Assembly: GCA_030248215.1 (NCBI GenBank)
Contig: JASANG010002537.1
Span: forward strand, 62,001 to 126,000
Reading direction: 5' to 3'
DNA length: 64,000 nt
Origin: Enoplolaimus lenunculus
Lineage: Eukaryota
The notes under the pieces: model-generated
Told to the model about the DNA's origin: nothing
Databases searched by the model: none
Seen by the model: only the letters and a program-made list of their open reading frames with translations
In this document: positions 27,801 through 42,058 of the stretch, one piece after another
Layout: every line of letters begins with the position of its first letter
How positions within the stretch are numbered: position 1 is the stretch's first letter
Translations under genes and position numbers: made by a program

Positions 27801-28971
27801 TTTTTAAAACTGTCATTCATCATTTGAACACAAATAGATTGCTAAATATATCGCAGCTATTAAACACTGCCACAACCTCATCGTAAAAGCCTGAGTGTAA
27901 CCGGATACTAAACTTATGATTTAGAAACTATTCGTGGTTGTTGTCACTTCCGTTGTTAATGCAACCGGAAAATACGATATCTTAATCTTTTCATTGGTTT
28001 ATCGTGAGTCTTTTTTTAAAATACAGAAACCGGAGAGTTAATAAATACCGGAACCGGAAACAAAAAATTCTTACCGAAAAATTCATTTTTAAATCGGTTT
28101 TAACGGTGTAAACACACGTTTACGATGCCAAAACCCTGAAACAAATGCAGTAGCTGGAAACGCATTATAAATTGTAAAGTATGACCAAATTGAAAATTTT
28201 GGCGATACACGCTCAGACAATTTTCGAAAAATAAGTTAAAATATATGTCAATTCCCTAAATTTTGAGAAATTTTAATATTGAAAAATACCGGAAAAATTC
28301 CGGTGAAAAAATACCGGTTTTTATGCCGGAAGCGGAATTCCGGCCACAACCTGTTGCTCAGTTACCCCGGTAACGGAAACGCATTCAATACTGAAAATGT
28401 TCAACCGCATGCGTTTTCTAATAAGGCTTTCACGTCACTTTATCTGCCCATTGCACTCGAGATTAAGCACACATATTTAATATTGAAAACAAACAATATG
28501 TGAAACAAATTTCAGAGCATACGCTGACACGATGGAACACCAAATCAAACTACAAAATTAAATTTTGAGCAGCAAATGGGCAATTTTTATTTTGTGCCCG
28601 ACCTGGCCTTACCGAGGTCATTAGATGCGGTTATTGGCAAAATTTACATATTAAATCATCCACACGGCCAATGTTACCCTAAAGGCTGCCCCATTTTCCC
28701 GTGACTGCAACGCACCAAGAGTACACACAACAAATATAATTGCGACAGTGGGGACAGTTTGGAAAGACAGCAGGACAATTGGGACACGGGACAGTTGGGA
28801 CACCAGCGGACTATTGGGGCAGCGGGACAGTTGGGACTACAGCTGGGTACTGGATATCTGGATATGAAGAATACACGGATATATCTGAAAAGAAACTTGT
28901 ATCCGGATATCTAAAATGGTATTGCGTAACAACATTTTTAGGAATAATTTGCATTGTTTCACCATTAAAGT

Positions 28972-29341
28972 CAGGGTTTTTTCAAATCCCAAGGTGTGCT
29001 AATTAATGTGCAAAATAAAGTCAAGGTGTGCAAAATTAAGTCTAAGTGTGCTGAATGCAGGACTGTTTCGTGGGCGCTACAAAATAAGAAGAGAATCCGG
29101 CGAGCCGTCGACTTTCGGAGGATCTGCTTCCACAGAACCACTAGAGATTAATTTTGCCGGATTTGAAGAAGATGAAATAAATGAAAGGCAACAGAACATG
29201 AATTTCGATTAGTTTTAAACAGGTGTTTTCAATTTTTGTTCCACTGTAAGGTGTGTAAATTAATGTGCAAAATTAAGTCTAGGTGCGCAAAAAATAAGTT
29301 TAAGTGTGCAAAAGCACACTATTTTGCACAAAAAACCCCTG
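28972..29341. mobile_element. MITE with CAGGG termini and an apparent 5-bp TSD
   Basis: aaagt-CAGGGTTTTTT ... AAAAAACCCCTG-aaagt; internal GTGTGCAAAA repeats. Confidence 0.65.
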
Positions 29342-32300
29342 AAAGTAGCTGGAGCTGACGAAAAGAAATTCTGTATTTAAACCTGAGTTACAATATTGAA
29401 CCACATTCCTGGATAATTCCATGATGATTTAAAATTTTGATTTCTCAAAACATGCGAAAATTAAAAACACTTCAATATAGCTTGATGTTTATCGGAATAC
29501 TGACTTCGTTTTTTACATTATCTCAAAATTAGCCCAATGAAATATTTGCATCGAATACGCCCCGTCAAGTACTAAATACGTTACCTTTGCAAGAAACAAA
29601 ATCTGCTTAATATATTCATATACCAAGTCATGTCGCGAGATTACATACTGGGCGTCTTTTTAAATTCTGACCGCTCTTGGTTTAAGAATATGATGCTATT
29701 TAGTAAATGGCTAGGTTGCCAATTTGGCAATCTGTAAAGGGCACATTTGAACTTCCCATAACACGGAACCTACGAGCTCATAACTTTTGAATTTTTATCG
29801 TGAAACAGTAAATTAGGTGCGCTAAACCAGTCACCAAACGCAATAAAAGACGCGATTCAACTCAGCACGTCCGTTTTTTACACAGTAATATACATGAAAA
29901 ATAAAGATTTCTGAACTGTTGAAAATACATTTTGGTTATACTGTAATCCATATAAGATCACAAAAAGTGAAAGTATATACTTAAGTCTTAAAAAATTGAA
30001 ATTTAATTTAAATTATTAGAAGAGGTTATGAGGAGCCAAATCGGCGTTATGTACCGATATATTAAGGCTAGAACACCGATATATTAAGACTAGAACGAGC
30101 CCTGAAGATACGGACAAAATATTATTTTTATCAATGTAACAACAAAACCATATTCCTAACTCTACTGCGGTCTAGTGAGACAGCGGAAGCTAGCGGATCC
30201 AGAAAAGGGGGCGGTTTTTGTAATAAAATAGTAAGATTCTTACCTTACAAGTTTTCCTTTCAGGCAATTTTTTGTGATAAAACGATAAGGTCCTTCCTAC
30301 TTTGAAATTTCTGGATCCGCTGCTGAAAGCGGGGCGTCATTAAAAGTAACATGGGCTGATGTTTGTACGATTTAGCGTAAGTATATTTTAATGTGGTTCT
30401 TTCTTCATGGAGCATAAAACGACTCATATATATAGTAGGGAAGGGTGACATTCGATAGAATCGTAGACAAATTAAATCAACTAAATTTCAGGTGGCCAAC
30501 GCAAGCATTTTCTAAACCGAATACCCAGCCCTATTGAAGCAGTTGCATAATAAAAACCTATTTTTGGAATTGTATGTTTTACGCTGATACCAATCTGCTT
30601 GTGGGTCAGGATACTTCCCTTAGAGCAACAAGTTAAAACAAGTGTTTGAGAAACGAAGATTGAGGTTCCAAAAACGCAAAACCGAGCTTCGGATATCCGA
30701 AACATTAATTTCGGATATCCGGATAAATATTCGGCAGGAATTGCCAGATATCCGGATATGATAAAATATCCGATCCCATCACTAGTTGGGCAGGTGGTAC
30801 ACTTGGGACAGCGGGCAGTTGGGACAGTTATGACAGGTGAGACAGCGCCGGACAGCTGGGAAAGTTGGCACAACTCGGGCAGTAGGACACTATAAAACAG
30901 CGGGACAACTGGGCTCACAACAAAACAAAGCTGTTACACATAGAAAATTTTTTAATAGAATTCTCAGGGGGGCTACCGCCACCTAACCCCCGCAAGTTAA
31001 AGGGACCCTAAGCTGGAATGGAGGGCTGTGGCCTCCAAACCCCCACACAAAACCATTCATCATTGAAACACTTATCCTGTTCAGCCTCAGCGGCCCTCGA
31101 AACTGGAATCAGGGGAAGCTGCACCCCCCCCCCCGAGATAAGTAAAAACTGCCCCTACCACACAATATTCTCAGTGTATATATTGCTGTGCATTTGTAAA
31201 CAGGAGTGCATATGTTTGCACTCTCGGTATATTGCTGTCCCGGACAATGGGGCATCCTTTATCGTAACACGGACCGTCCATGCTATGTTTACTTACGTAG
31301 GCTTAGACGTAAAAATTGTACCTCCTTTTAGGAGCCCCACCTCCACTTTGTTTGCGCTATTTGATGCGTCCTCAGATCATATAAGAACCACGGAAACAAA
31401 CAAAACTTTAAAAAAGTATAGGCATTTTGATTTGTCCACAAGACTCACTGTATACTATACCGTTTTCACATAGTCCCTCGGAAGGGACTTCAAAAATATA
31501 TATTTATGCACGTTGTACACAAACTGATCTACATCCGCGCAAATTTAGCCTACTGTTACTGTGAAAACAATGAACATCAATGAATAAGACTACGTAGATC
31601 AAATGCAACATAAACATAGAGTTTTTTGGTATATACAAGAATGACGAAAAAAGAAATAAGGTAAACTAATGATTACGCTATACTGGCCGCGGGCCGCCGG
31701 ATGCCGTCGCGCTGTACGTCGGCGCGAGACATGGTGAAACTTTTGCCGCACGCCGCCGCGCGGTGCTGTAAACTTTTTAAAAATTACCGCACGCCGCTGT
31801 GCGCCGGCGTACGGCGGCGCGTGCCGGGGTACGGCTCGGTAAACTATAGCGCAACCCTAACAATCATGGTACATAATTAGTATATGGTACTTAGATATGA
31901 ACGATATAACAGTCTGCACATTAAAATACAAAATGCAGTAAAATTATTATTTTGCCAAACAGATTTGCATACTTGCCAAAGAAAAATGGGATAATAAAAA
32001 TTTTAAACGGTCAAAATCCAAATTTAATTATAATACCGCTTGGCCGACACTAAAATTTGTTGTAACCACAACGGAAAATTTCAATATAGCACGTCATTTA
32101 AAATTATTTTGCAACAGTTAAAACTTTTTTTACCATAAAATACTACGCTATGGTACCAACAACACCAAATAATTAAGTAACACAAATCCAGCAGTGACAT
32201 CATTGACAACAATTCATTGCATTAATCATTTTAAGCAAACTTCAGCCAAAACAAAAATGAACACATTGAACAAAGCAACTAATACAGGTCACGATGCAAT

Positions 32301-32692
32301 AAGAGCTATTAAAGCTGTAAGTGCAATAAGCTAATTAGAGCTCATCGTAAATGTATCCCAAAAAATGGTTAACGACAACAAAAAGCTCTCTATGCGAACA
32401 CTCTCAAGTTTGCCAGAAACAACATACGTGAAATCTGGCTTCTGTCCGAAATAAGTTTCGCAACAGAGTGATCTTGTAGAGAAGCTATGCTTCGTTACAC
32501 ACCATGGAAAACGCAAAACTATATCGTGACTGCACCTTAAATTGACTACTACTGTGTAAGCGAACAAAATGCTTCCAATGTCATCACGGATTATTGTGAT
32601 GTATTTCCACTGAAAAGTTTTGCAATGGCCACCATTAGCGTTATTGTTAGAGCATCTTTGGTACACCATCGTTTTGCATCAAACTTCCCGGT

Positions 32693-35600
32693 TTATCTTA
32701 TTTTCATTTCAGTTTGCTTCTGTTGAGGAATTCGAAAACAATCGATGCGCAGATAATCGCAGAACTGATTGCATATGACGTAGCAGTAGCACAGTAAATT
32801 TATTGAACAGTAAATCTTAAATTATAAAATTCTAAGAACAATAAAAAGCCAAAAATCCAAACAATACTTGATCTTAACTGTACTAAATCGCTAACGGTAA
32901 ACATTGAACATTTAAGCAAATTGTGTGTTGCCACAAGTTTTGGGCGCGGAGCAATCCATTCGTATCTGGTTGAACTATTAATATACACCAAACCATGTCA
33001 CAAACCAAACACTTACACAACTACCAACCAACACTGCGTATTCTGGAAGAAAATTGTTGCAATACTGATTCAAAAATAGCATCAAAGGACCATACAAAAT
33101 CGAATCCCACGACACGAGCTCACTTTTGCTCATATGAGCCACCTATAACAGAACAGTGATTTAATTACAAAACAAAAAATAACTGCAAACCTTGTTCAAA
33201 AACCACCAACTTTCTTGGTGACAAGAAGTTTACCAACCAAACGAAAGTCATACTTTTGGATTAAAGAACGCAGAATGCAAAACTTTTTTGGCCCTTTGAA
33301 CACATTTTCGTGGGATTGTAACTTTGTTACCAACCGTCATCAATACTATATACAAACTGAGCAACGTCAGTGAGAAACAGGAAACGCAAAACACATCAAA
33401 AAGCTTCAGTATCCAAGCCACTGAAACCAAAAAGCTTCATAGTCCATCGCTCAGTTGTTTAAAAAGTTACCTGGAGAACACATGATACTGCTGAATTCAT
33501 ATAATGTAAAACAAAACCATCACTTACAATGAGACGATTAGTTATTTTCGACGTGACTAGACCAAACGTGATCAAATATAACACAATATGTTCGACAAAA
33601 ACACCGGAACTTGACGATTTGTAATAGATCATTATTGCAGGGACCAGCGCTTGCAAGATTGGAATGATTGGAAATATTACACTGGTGTCCTGCAAAAATA
33701 ACTTAAAAACAGTATAATATATATTTTATATTGAGATATGTAAATTTATCAAAGTGAGCTAGTCTTTAATTCGGACATCAAACGGAAGCATTTGCAACGC
33801 ATAGTTGCCAACTGAAATCGAACAGTAGATCAGATATTTCGTATTTATCTAGCTTCATCACAAATAATTACGTACTAAACTATCATTCATTACATGCTTT
33901 TAAATCATTAGTTTGGCAGTCAATTTCTTCTAGAATTCGTAACTACGAGAATCCAGCAGAAGTTTAAAGTTCTAGGCGATGTGATATGCTCAAGTATGTT
34001 TGGAGATTAGCACGATATTACTGAAATTAAGCCATCTACGCGCTACGTAACTTTCAAAACTAACCGCAACAGTCGAGCCATTTTTTCCGACACCTCCAGT
34101 GAAAACAACCTCCAGATACTGATGCATTTGTCTTAAACCCATACAAAGCGAGAACGTCACTGCCAATACCCGAAGTTCAAACTTGCCAAATATCTAAAAA
34201 ACATAACATGGATATCAAAAATAATCCAAAATATAAAAACAAGTTACAAGCAGTTACCACAATAGAATGAGAGTTTTATTTAATAGATATGTTTTAAAAC
34301 TAGATGCGCCCTTGAACAACGACTTAGAAAAATATATGCAAACAGTCTTACTATTAGCACTGAATTTAATAAAATTTCTACACTTCTGAAAATGAAGTAA
34401 TGCGAATAATCACGCCTCGAAAACTTTCTACCTCGAAGACATTTCTACTACTAGTCAATCATGTGCTTGGTCACAAACACGTATCCAAAACTTACCGCAA
34501 TTGTCCACAGATGTGGCCCAAACAAAAATGACATAAAGCATATAAATATCACCAAAAACTGAGCCTCCGTGACATCAAACCTGTAACGTTAAGCCAAAAA
34601 ACTGAAAACCATTTTATTCCATACGACTGCACGGATTACCCATAACCAGAGTCATTTAAAGTCAAATTTATATTCTCACTTTCTTCTATTAGTCATTTAA
34701 TGTAGTTTAAAAAGAACCGCCTCTAGTTAAAATCGCCACAAATCTTAACGTCTCCAGTAAACACAGACTCACTGATTACATAGGCTTAGTAACTTCATCA
34801 TTAAAAAAACTAAATGAAGACGATTGCAAAATGCAAACCAAGCAAGACTCATTACCTATGAAACTGAAGATGGCCGGAACAATATGTCTGCCAATGTGCC
34901 GTGTAAAATAATAAAAGAGAAACCATACAACCACATAGCATCAAATCAGGTTTATCACCAAGTTTCATGGCAAGAGCAACTTCCAACGATATGAATACTA
35001 AAAGTAGTAGCAGCACTTCAAAGCGCTAATTTCTATAATAGGTTCGCCATGAATCAGAATAGTGAACATGATGTTTAAAGCAACATAGCTATTGACAGGT
35101 AAAACATTTTGGAAACAGACACTGCATAAGTAATTTATACAATTTTATTATGTCAGCTTTCGCCTGTGCGCAACCTTGAAAACGCTGTAATTACTAAGAT
35201 AGAATTAAGTCTCTTTTATCTTGAATAACACACCAAAAATTACTGAATTATCACAACAAACTTCTTGACATCAATACCTTGCGGTTAGAGCTGTCCCGGG
35301 GTCAAAGTTTCAAAATAATTTACAGTTGTGGCTGTTCAACTTTGGTTCATATAAAAGAAAAATACGTTTATACATATATAAATTTTACCAGCCGTGTAGC
35401 CAGAATTTTCAATTGGGAAGAAGAGGTGTGGGCAAAGAAGAGTTGCAGTAGCGGTTGAGTTTCGAAACTTCGTAACTTTTAAATTGATGTGTCCAATGAA
35501 AAATCTAATCTTGTGCGGGTTTGTAACTCCAGGGTATTTTTTCAAAAAACTTCGTAACTTTTAAATTGATGTGTCCAATGAAAAATCTAATCTTGTGCGG

Positions 35601-38125
35601 GTTTGTAACTCCAGGGTATTTTTTCAAAATAGAAAACGGCTTCAAAGAACTTATAAGCTAAGTACTAAGAACCTCACTGAATATATTTACCTTTTGAAGA
35701 TCTAGTTTTTGGGCAGTTTTCGCAACACCGTTTAGGCCCCACGACACCTCTGCTTGCAACATATCGTAGCAGGTACAACCAGATATCTGGCTCCGGCAAA
35801 AAATCGACAGCCGGCTCCAGTTTCACATTGCCGGATATTTTATTGCTAAAAATATGACATAACTCTATATAATACTAATGTTTATGAAAAAATCCCCATA
35901 TTTCATTGTCATAAATTTTGCTCAAAACCACAAAATAAGCACGTCAAGAAAGACTCTTGTAGAAACAAAATTATCCTGTTATAGCACGTGGTACTACATT
36001 AGCATGATTTAGATAAAGTTTTCTTTTAATTTTGCACTTAAATGTGTTTCTCCGGCAAATGACAGAGCCGGCGATTTTTTTGGTATCTGGTTGGACCTCA
36101 TGGAGAACGATATATACATACTAATGCTATATTACGTACCCTGTGACAACGAATCACATCCATGATCAAACATTTCTCCAAGTGGCGATGCAGTATTAGT
36201 TCGTCGCGCTTGTTTTCCATCAGTCGCATCAAGTGTTTGGTACAAGAATAACGCTACCGCGCAAAACAAATACGCCCAACGAGGAGCCTAAAAATACAAT
36301 TGTCGATTATCAAAATACACAATAATACATGCACAAATTTGTTAAACTAGCGATTGCAGCTTACGTACATAATACAAAAACATAAGTAAACATTTCACAA
36401 ATAGTAATCCAAAACAAACGTTCTTTAATTCATTAAGATATTAATGCTATGCCTGAACCAGACCTGTCAAAATATTTCAGAACCAAGTTTCACTTATTCG
36501 TTAATAAATCTAAACATAGCTACCAAAAATAAAAATAATAACCTCTTGTTTTCCATCTGGGCTATAGTAAGAAACAATGAGAACGGCGGTCATGTTGAAA
36601 ATGAGACCAATCAATGTAATTACGTTCGGTGCTAACCATAATGGATATTTGGTTACTAGCCAACTCCAAAACTTATTCATGCATGCACCGTCCAAAAAGG
36701 ATATGTCGCTGGCACTAAAACCAAAATGAATTTTCCAAGGGCGTAACCGATATTCTAGTTTCCTATTGTGATTAGAATTCCAGCTGATATTGAATTCCGT
36801 TATTTCAATACAAAAAGCAGACCGAACTGCAATGTAAACTTGTTTTCCCTAGTTAAAACCGTTTTTCCATTATCGAATCAGTTGTATTTGTATTTTATGT
36901 AGTTTAGAGCAAAATGAGTCGAAATTAAAGCCAAAATTTCAATAGTGAAACCAAACAAAACATGACTGAAAAATAATTTCTCTCAAAACCTCAAACAACA
37001 GCTCACATAACTCACATAAGCAACAACCACTGTACCTCAAAACTAGTCTGTAATTCTGCATAATCAAATACTACCGCTCATTCGGCAGCGGAGATATAAA
37101 ATCAAAAAGCATGATTTTCGCCGAAAGTTTGTGCACATGTGCTCAACTCTAAATGAAAATTTCAAAAATATATAAACTCACCATATTCTGAGGAAATTTT
37201 TTTCTATTATTTCAATAGAGGAAATTTTTTCCTATTATTTCAATAGAGGAAATTTTTTTCCGATTATTTCACAATTTCATAAGAAAGAAACTTTACACTT
37301 AAGTCAGTTTTTGTGAGGGGGTCGCTATGGTTAAAAATAAAAAGGTTCTCGAAATATAGTCACTATATATTTTTGAAACCTCCAGGTAGAGTCGATTACA
37401 AACATATCAAAGTTTTTGCTAAAATAACTTAACATCAAATTTTCTAAAATTAGTATATATAAGATACATATGTGTCGTGTCAGAAACCCTTTCTTTGTTT
37501 TAACCATAAACTTTTCCCGATATATATGATACAGACGGCAATCGAACCTCGAACCCATCGCTCGCGAGCTTTCCATTACACTACGCGGCCGATATTAATA
37601 TGTGCACGTATTATAAATACGTATATATCAGGGTGCAACCGGAATTCCGGTTCCGGCATTTTTCACCTTCCGGTTCCGGTTCCGGCAAGTTTTTACCGGA
37701 TTTAAAAATTCCGGTGTTATAATTTGGCCGTTTTCTTAACTTTACGAAAATCTAAAATACAACAAATAAAATAAATACCTATGGTCGGCTAAGGTTGTTT
37801 CATAAATAATAGAGCAAAAAATACGATTAAAATGAAATTTTTAGTGAAATGCATTTTTCATTTTCCGGTTCCGGTTCCGCTAAAATTTTCAAATTCCGGT
37901 TCCGGTAAATTGTAATTCCGGTTGCACCCTGATATATATGTAATATATATGTCTTATCATTACACACATGCACATAAACATGCTACGGCACGTAAATCTA
38001 CAATTCGAATCAATAGTCATTCTATTTATTTACCTGTACTTGTGCTCAGCCAGCCTCTTCAGCTGTATTGGTTTCAACTGACCGCTGACCGAAATAAAAT
38101 GAATAAGTTGATTTAAGTAATCCAT
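32693..38125 (-). CDS. CEPT1: Choline/ethanolamine phosphotransferase (CDP-alcohol phosphotransferase), 392 aa, 9 exons
   Basis: Exons: 38125-38034, 36714-36543, 36287-36140, 34997-34856, 34580-34496, 34193-34065, 33689-33528, 33142-33017, 32815-32693; 1179 nt in frame. Contains [24 protein letters not shown], the catalytic motif [55 protein letters not shown] and [15 protein letters not shown]. All are diagnostic of the CEPT1/CHPT1 family (C. elegans cept-1). Confidence 0.95.
35465..35628. repeat. Perfect 82-bp tandem duplication in CEPT1 intron 3
   Basis: AAACTTCGTAACTTTTAAATTGATGTG...GGGTATTTTTTCAAAA repeated exactly (cgtaac at 35471 and 35553). Confidence 0.95.
37190..37270. repeat. ~29-bp tandem repeat, 3 copies
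   Basis: GAGGAAATTTTTTTCTATTATTTTCAATA repeated three times with small variations. Confidence 0.85.
37629..37931. mobile_element. hAT-like MITE, CAGGGTGCAACCGG family
   Basis: Perfect 18-bp TIR CAGGGTGCAACCGGAATT; flanks gtatatat/atatatat (7/8 TSD); internal CCGGTT repeats. Related, decayed copies at about 12170-12505, 35770-36100, 38421-38873 and 58527-58893. Confidence 0.85.
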
Positions 38126-39476
38126 AGCCAGTTATTATGTATGCTTGTCAAAAAGATCAAAATATCCTCATATCAAATACACTCTTACATTGAACTTAAA
38201 TTAATTAAAAATATCAGACAGCAGGCCATATATAAACGAAAACTAGTGGAATAATTTTTCTCGAAATTTTTCCCCACATTGGGAAAAGGTTGTTTTACGA
38301 ACTATAAAATTTTCTACAGAAGTCAAAACATTTTCGCATTCAGTACGCCCTTTTGCACAAAAATTCTACACGGTGATATCCTTCCGAAATTAAATCTTGA
38401 CATTGTTTCAGTCAGCTAGGCAGGATACGACCGGAAATTAATTTACCGGATACCGGGACCGTATATTCAGTTTTTTACCGGAACAGGAACCGGATATTTT
38501 ATATATGTTAAAATAATGTATTTTTCGCTGTATTTTTAACGTGCTCAAGATTTTTGTCTGTTATATAGTTCCTAATTGCTGCTGATAAACGTAAACTATT
38601 TAATGCAAAAATGCATTAAACCTTCGCTCGCTTACATTAGTTAAAAGTTGGTAAAAACGTATTATATCAAAACTTGGACTTATTGACTTGCCCAGAAATG
38701 TAATCCCAGCAAGATGTTAAAAATGTTGACTTGTAAAAAGCAGCTATATGATATTCGGCACCACAACCGTAAATATCCGATATCCGGTAGGTTTATACAG
38801 AATACCGGAACCGCATACGGATATCAGTTTTTGCCGGATATAAAACCGGAACCAGATATCCGGTTGCACCCTGACTAGGACTCGAAAAAACATCAAATTT
38901 AGCTCTGCTTTAACTGTTTTTCTCTATGTTCAGTTGCAATTGGTATGGGGACAAAACTTCTAATGAAATAATTTGCGTTTCTCGCACACTTGGTAAATAT
39001 ACTAGCTAAGTATTTCACGAACCCAACAACAAAATTTCTGGCAAATAACTCAGAAGATGGTTGGCACAAAAAATCGAAACCTATACAGAAGACATTAGTA
39101 ACTCAAGCTGTTACAAAAATCAAACCGCAGATACAAAATTGTACAATGTAAGAACTTGTAAGACTGAAAATTGATGAAACCATACTGAACGAAACACACA
39201 TCACGAAGCTTCATATGCTGTTCAAAAAATTTGTCATTATAATAATATAGACATCGGATGTACCAGAATTCGTAGTCTTTATTTGCGTTGTAGCTCAGTA
39301 CATCTATTTTTATTGCACAACTGGAAGTTTACGATCGGAAACCAGCTATTGCTTCGGTAGAGATCGACTTTTACGGCTCCGGATCCAGTATACCAGTGGT
39401 TTTGGTTTTGCATGAAAAAATGACCTTTAAGAGTGACATTCGGGCGTATTTTGATAGGGGTCTGATTTTCACAATA

Positions 39477-40183
39477 CTGTCGTGTCAAAAAAGACCCCCA
39501 ATAAAAAACAGATCCCGGTCATTTTTGCATAGCGTCGCATAAAGTATGATCCCGTTAAGAGAGACCCCCGGTTTAGTTTTATACAAAACTTGTACTAAAT
39601 TTATCCTCTATGAAAATAAGTTACTTCCCGCTGGCGAATATTCTTAAACACAATGAAATTTTAATTTAGCAAAACTGAGCAAAACCACTCTTATCGCTCA
39701 TATAAAAAACGATGAAGCTATAAACTTTAATTATTTCTCGGAGATATGCGGGCTATGTTACAGTGTAAATGTCTAAAACTCAACTTGAAAATAGTGATGT
39801 GCCGGCTCCAAAGTATTGTCAATTCCGATACCGATTCTTTTGAAATTTTACCAATGCCAACCTACACATGCCGATACCGATGTCGATACCAAATTTAACA
39901 CAATCATACTTTATGGAATGTTAGTATTATTAATTCACATGGTCAGAAGCGCAAAGACTAGTACGTAACAAGCAAAAACAACTATAACAGTTGTTAAATT
40001 CGCGCAATTTTATAGTGTGAACGTTGGTCGCCAGCAAGTGTATTAAATGACATCTCAATGGCTAGCTTTGACTGGACTAAAAACGGGGGTCATTTTTCAT
40101 TGGGGTCAATATTTATTCCTATATTGGCTGTGTAAAAATGACACTGGTCTCTTTTTAATGGGGGTCATTTTTTCACACGACAG
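39477..40183. mobile_element. Long-TIR (foldback-like) element between CEPT1 and SCAP
   Basis: CTGTCGTGTCAAAAAAGACCCCCAAT...GGTCATTTTTGCATAGC pairs with GCTGTGTAAAAATGAC...ATGGGGGTCATTTTTTCACACGACAG. An outer related pair (CATGAAAAAATGACC at 39411, GGTCATTTTTTTCATG at ~40240) suggests nesting. Confidence 0.65.
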
Positions 40184-42058
40184 AACTTTGAAAATCGAAC
40201 CCCGTAAAAATATGCCTGTGGGTCATTTTTTGGGGGGGGGTCATTTTTTTCATGCGATACAGGTATTTTGGTGATGTCACGAACATTTTCGCTTGTTATG
40301 AGGATTATTTCAGTTCAATGAGTTGTTAAAAATATAGAACATTTAAAACGATGAAAAATTTCCTTCCACAGGGCGAAACATTCCGTAGGTCAGGGTGCCA
40401 CCCAACAGCGCCCCGTAGCTACAGGCCTACGAACCATAAAGCATATTGGTCTTGTAAAGTTTTTTCGTTTTATTTAATGTTAAATATGTATAGCAGCTTT
40501 AGTTTATAAACTGACAAATTCTTATCTTGCTTTTATTTGTACTGTACACAAAAAGAGCAGCATAACAAAGTGTGGTAGGCACTAGCCATACAAGACAGCA
40601 TTGATTGTGACACCACGCTGAAAGACGTTCCGCAAAACCTCACATGACATGAATCTCTGATTTTAAATTGAAGTTATCGTCCAAAGGTGCTGCATTTTTT
40701 ACAGTTCTTCTAGTTTTTACTGAGCTGTAGCACAATGGTCGGCCTCTATCTTTTGGCTGTTGAGAGTCCGAGGAGCCTTGATTCGGAAGGTGTTAAGCCA
40801 AAAAGGGCAGCCCTTGAAGTTTCGGTGTCCTGGAAGGTCGCTATATGCACTTCTGCGCAGGTCCAAAAGTTTACGAGAATTGTATAAAATTTTCAACCTT
40901 GCTTGTAGCTCATCCGTCGAAAATTCTTGTACGGTATGCCCCTCCTGAAAATTTTTAAGCCCCCCTCCCCAGCAAGGTCGGCTGGCTACGGGCCTGGGGG
41001 TAGCTATTTTCAAGTCTAAAATCGAGGTTATAGAAAGTGTGAGTTTTGTGAAATTCAATAATCACCTGAATTCGGCTTATACTTCAGTTCCAAATAGAGT
41101 AAAACGTGGTAATAGGTTGTGAACTGAGATTTGACAAAACAGGTTTAAAACCGTCAAATTCGACCCAAAATATGAAAAATTGTTGTAGTTTTGGATGTGT
41201 GTTTATTCTACCGGTGGAAATTTTAAAAATTTGAAAGATTTGGGAATAAAAAATAACTGGTTATGCAAAATAACCGAGGGCAGTTTTTGAGGGATTTTTA
41301 TTTCTAAACCGCTGAGATTTTACTTGAAGGTGGTTTCTAGGTAACAATTTCACAAATTGTGTACGAGATTTTTGTGTTTTTCATTTTCAAATTTGAAAAC
41401 TGCCAAACATACATATGCCGGCGATACCAAATTTAACACAATCATACTTTAAGGATTGTTAGTATTATTATTCACATGGTCAGAGACGCAAAGACATAGA
41501 ACGTAACAATAGATTAAACATATTCCTAAGCCAAAGCTTAAGCCTATGCATAAAAATAAGTGTTGTTACTAAACCTAGTCCAAGGCTAAGCCTAAGCAAC
41601 AACATTTTTGAAAAATTAATTCTAGTCGATTGCGGTTGAACAAGTTACGGGACAACAGTAAATTTAACATGGGCCCAAAGAAAAACGTCTAAATACAGTT
41701 GCATACACAAGGACGTATTTTTAAAACTGCTAAACTTGATCTTTCCGCACCAGACCCGCCCAACTTTAAATGTTTTATCGATAATGATTGACACAAAATT
41801 AGCGGCAAGTATTTCGTTCAATTTGCTACTAAGAAATTTTTCATAGTTCACACTTTTATCTCTTTTGACTCCGAGTTGTACATAAAACTGGCACACGTCC
41901 TTCTTTGAGCTCGCTACGGTCGCTAAGAGTGATTTGCGAAAAAAACCCTGTACTCAATTTGGTGTGAAAGTAGCCCCTAAGATTTGTAAATATATTGAGA
42001 TCAGTCTTGCTTAAAAGAGATAAACACGATTGTATATTCACAAACATGTTACTCATAG

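Noticed and set aside
30481..31473. ORFs of 145 and 151 aa
   Set aside because: Built largely from repeat sequence (GGGACAGTT, GGATATCC, G/C-run MITE pieces); no recognisable protein similarity.
2030..38125. Nematode operon CEPT1-annexin A-annexin B (all minus strand)
   Set aside because: Intergenic gaps of ~7.8 and ~8.4 kb are far longer than typical operon spacing and are filled with TEs; there is no direct evidence.
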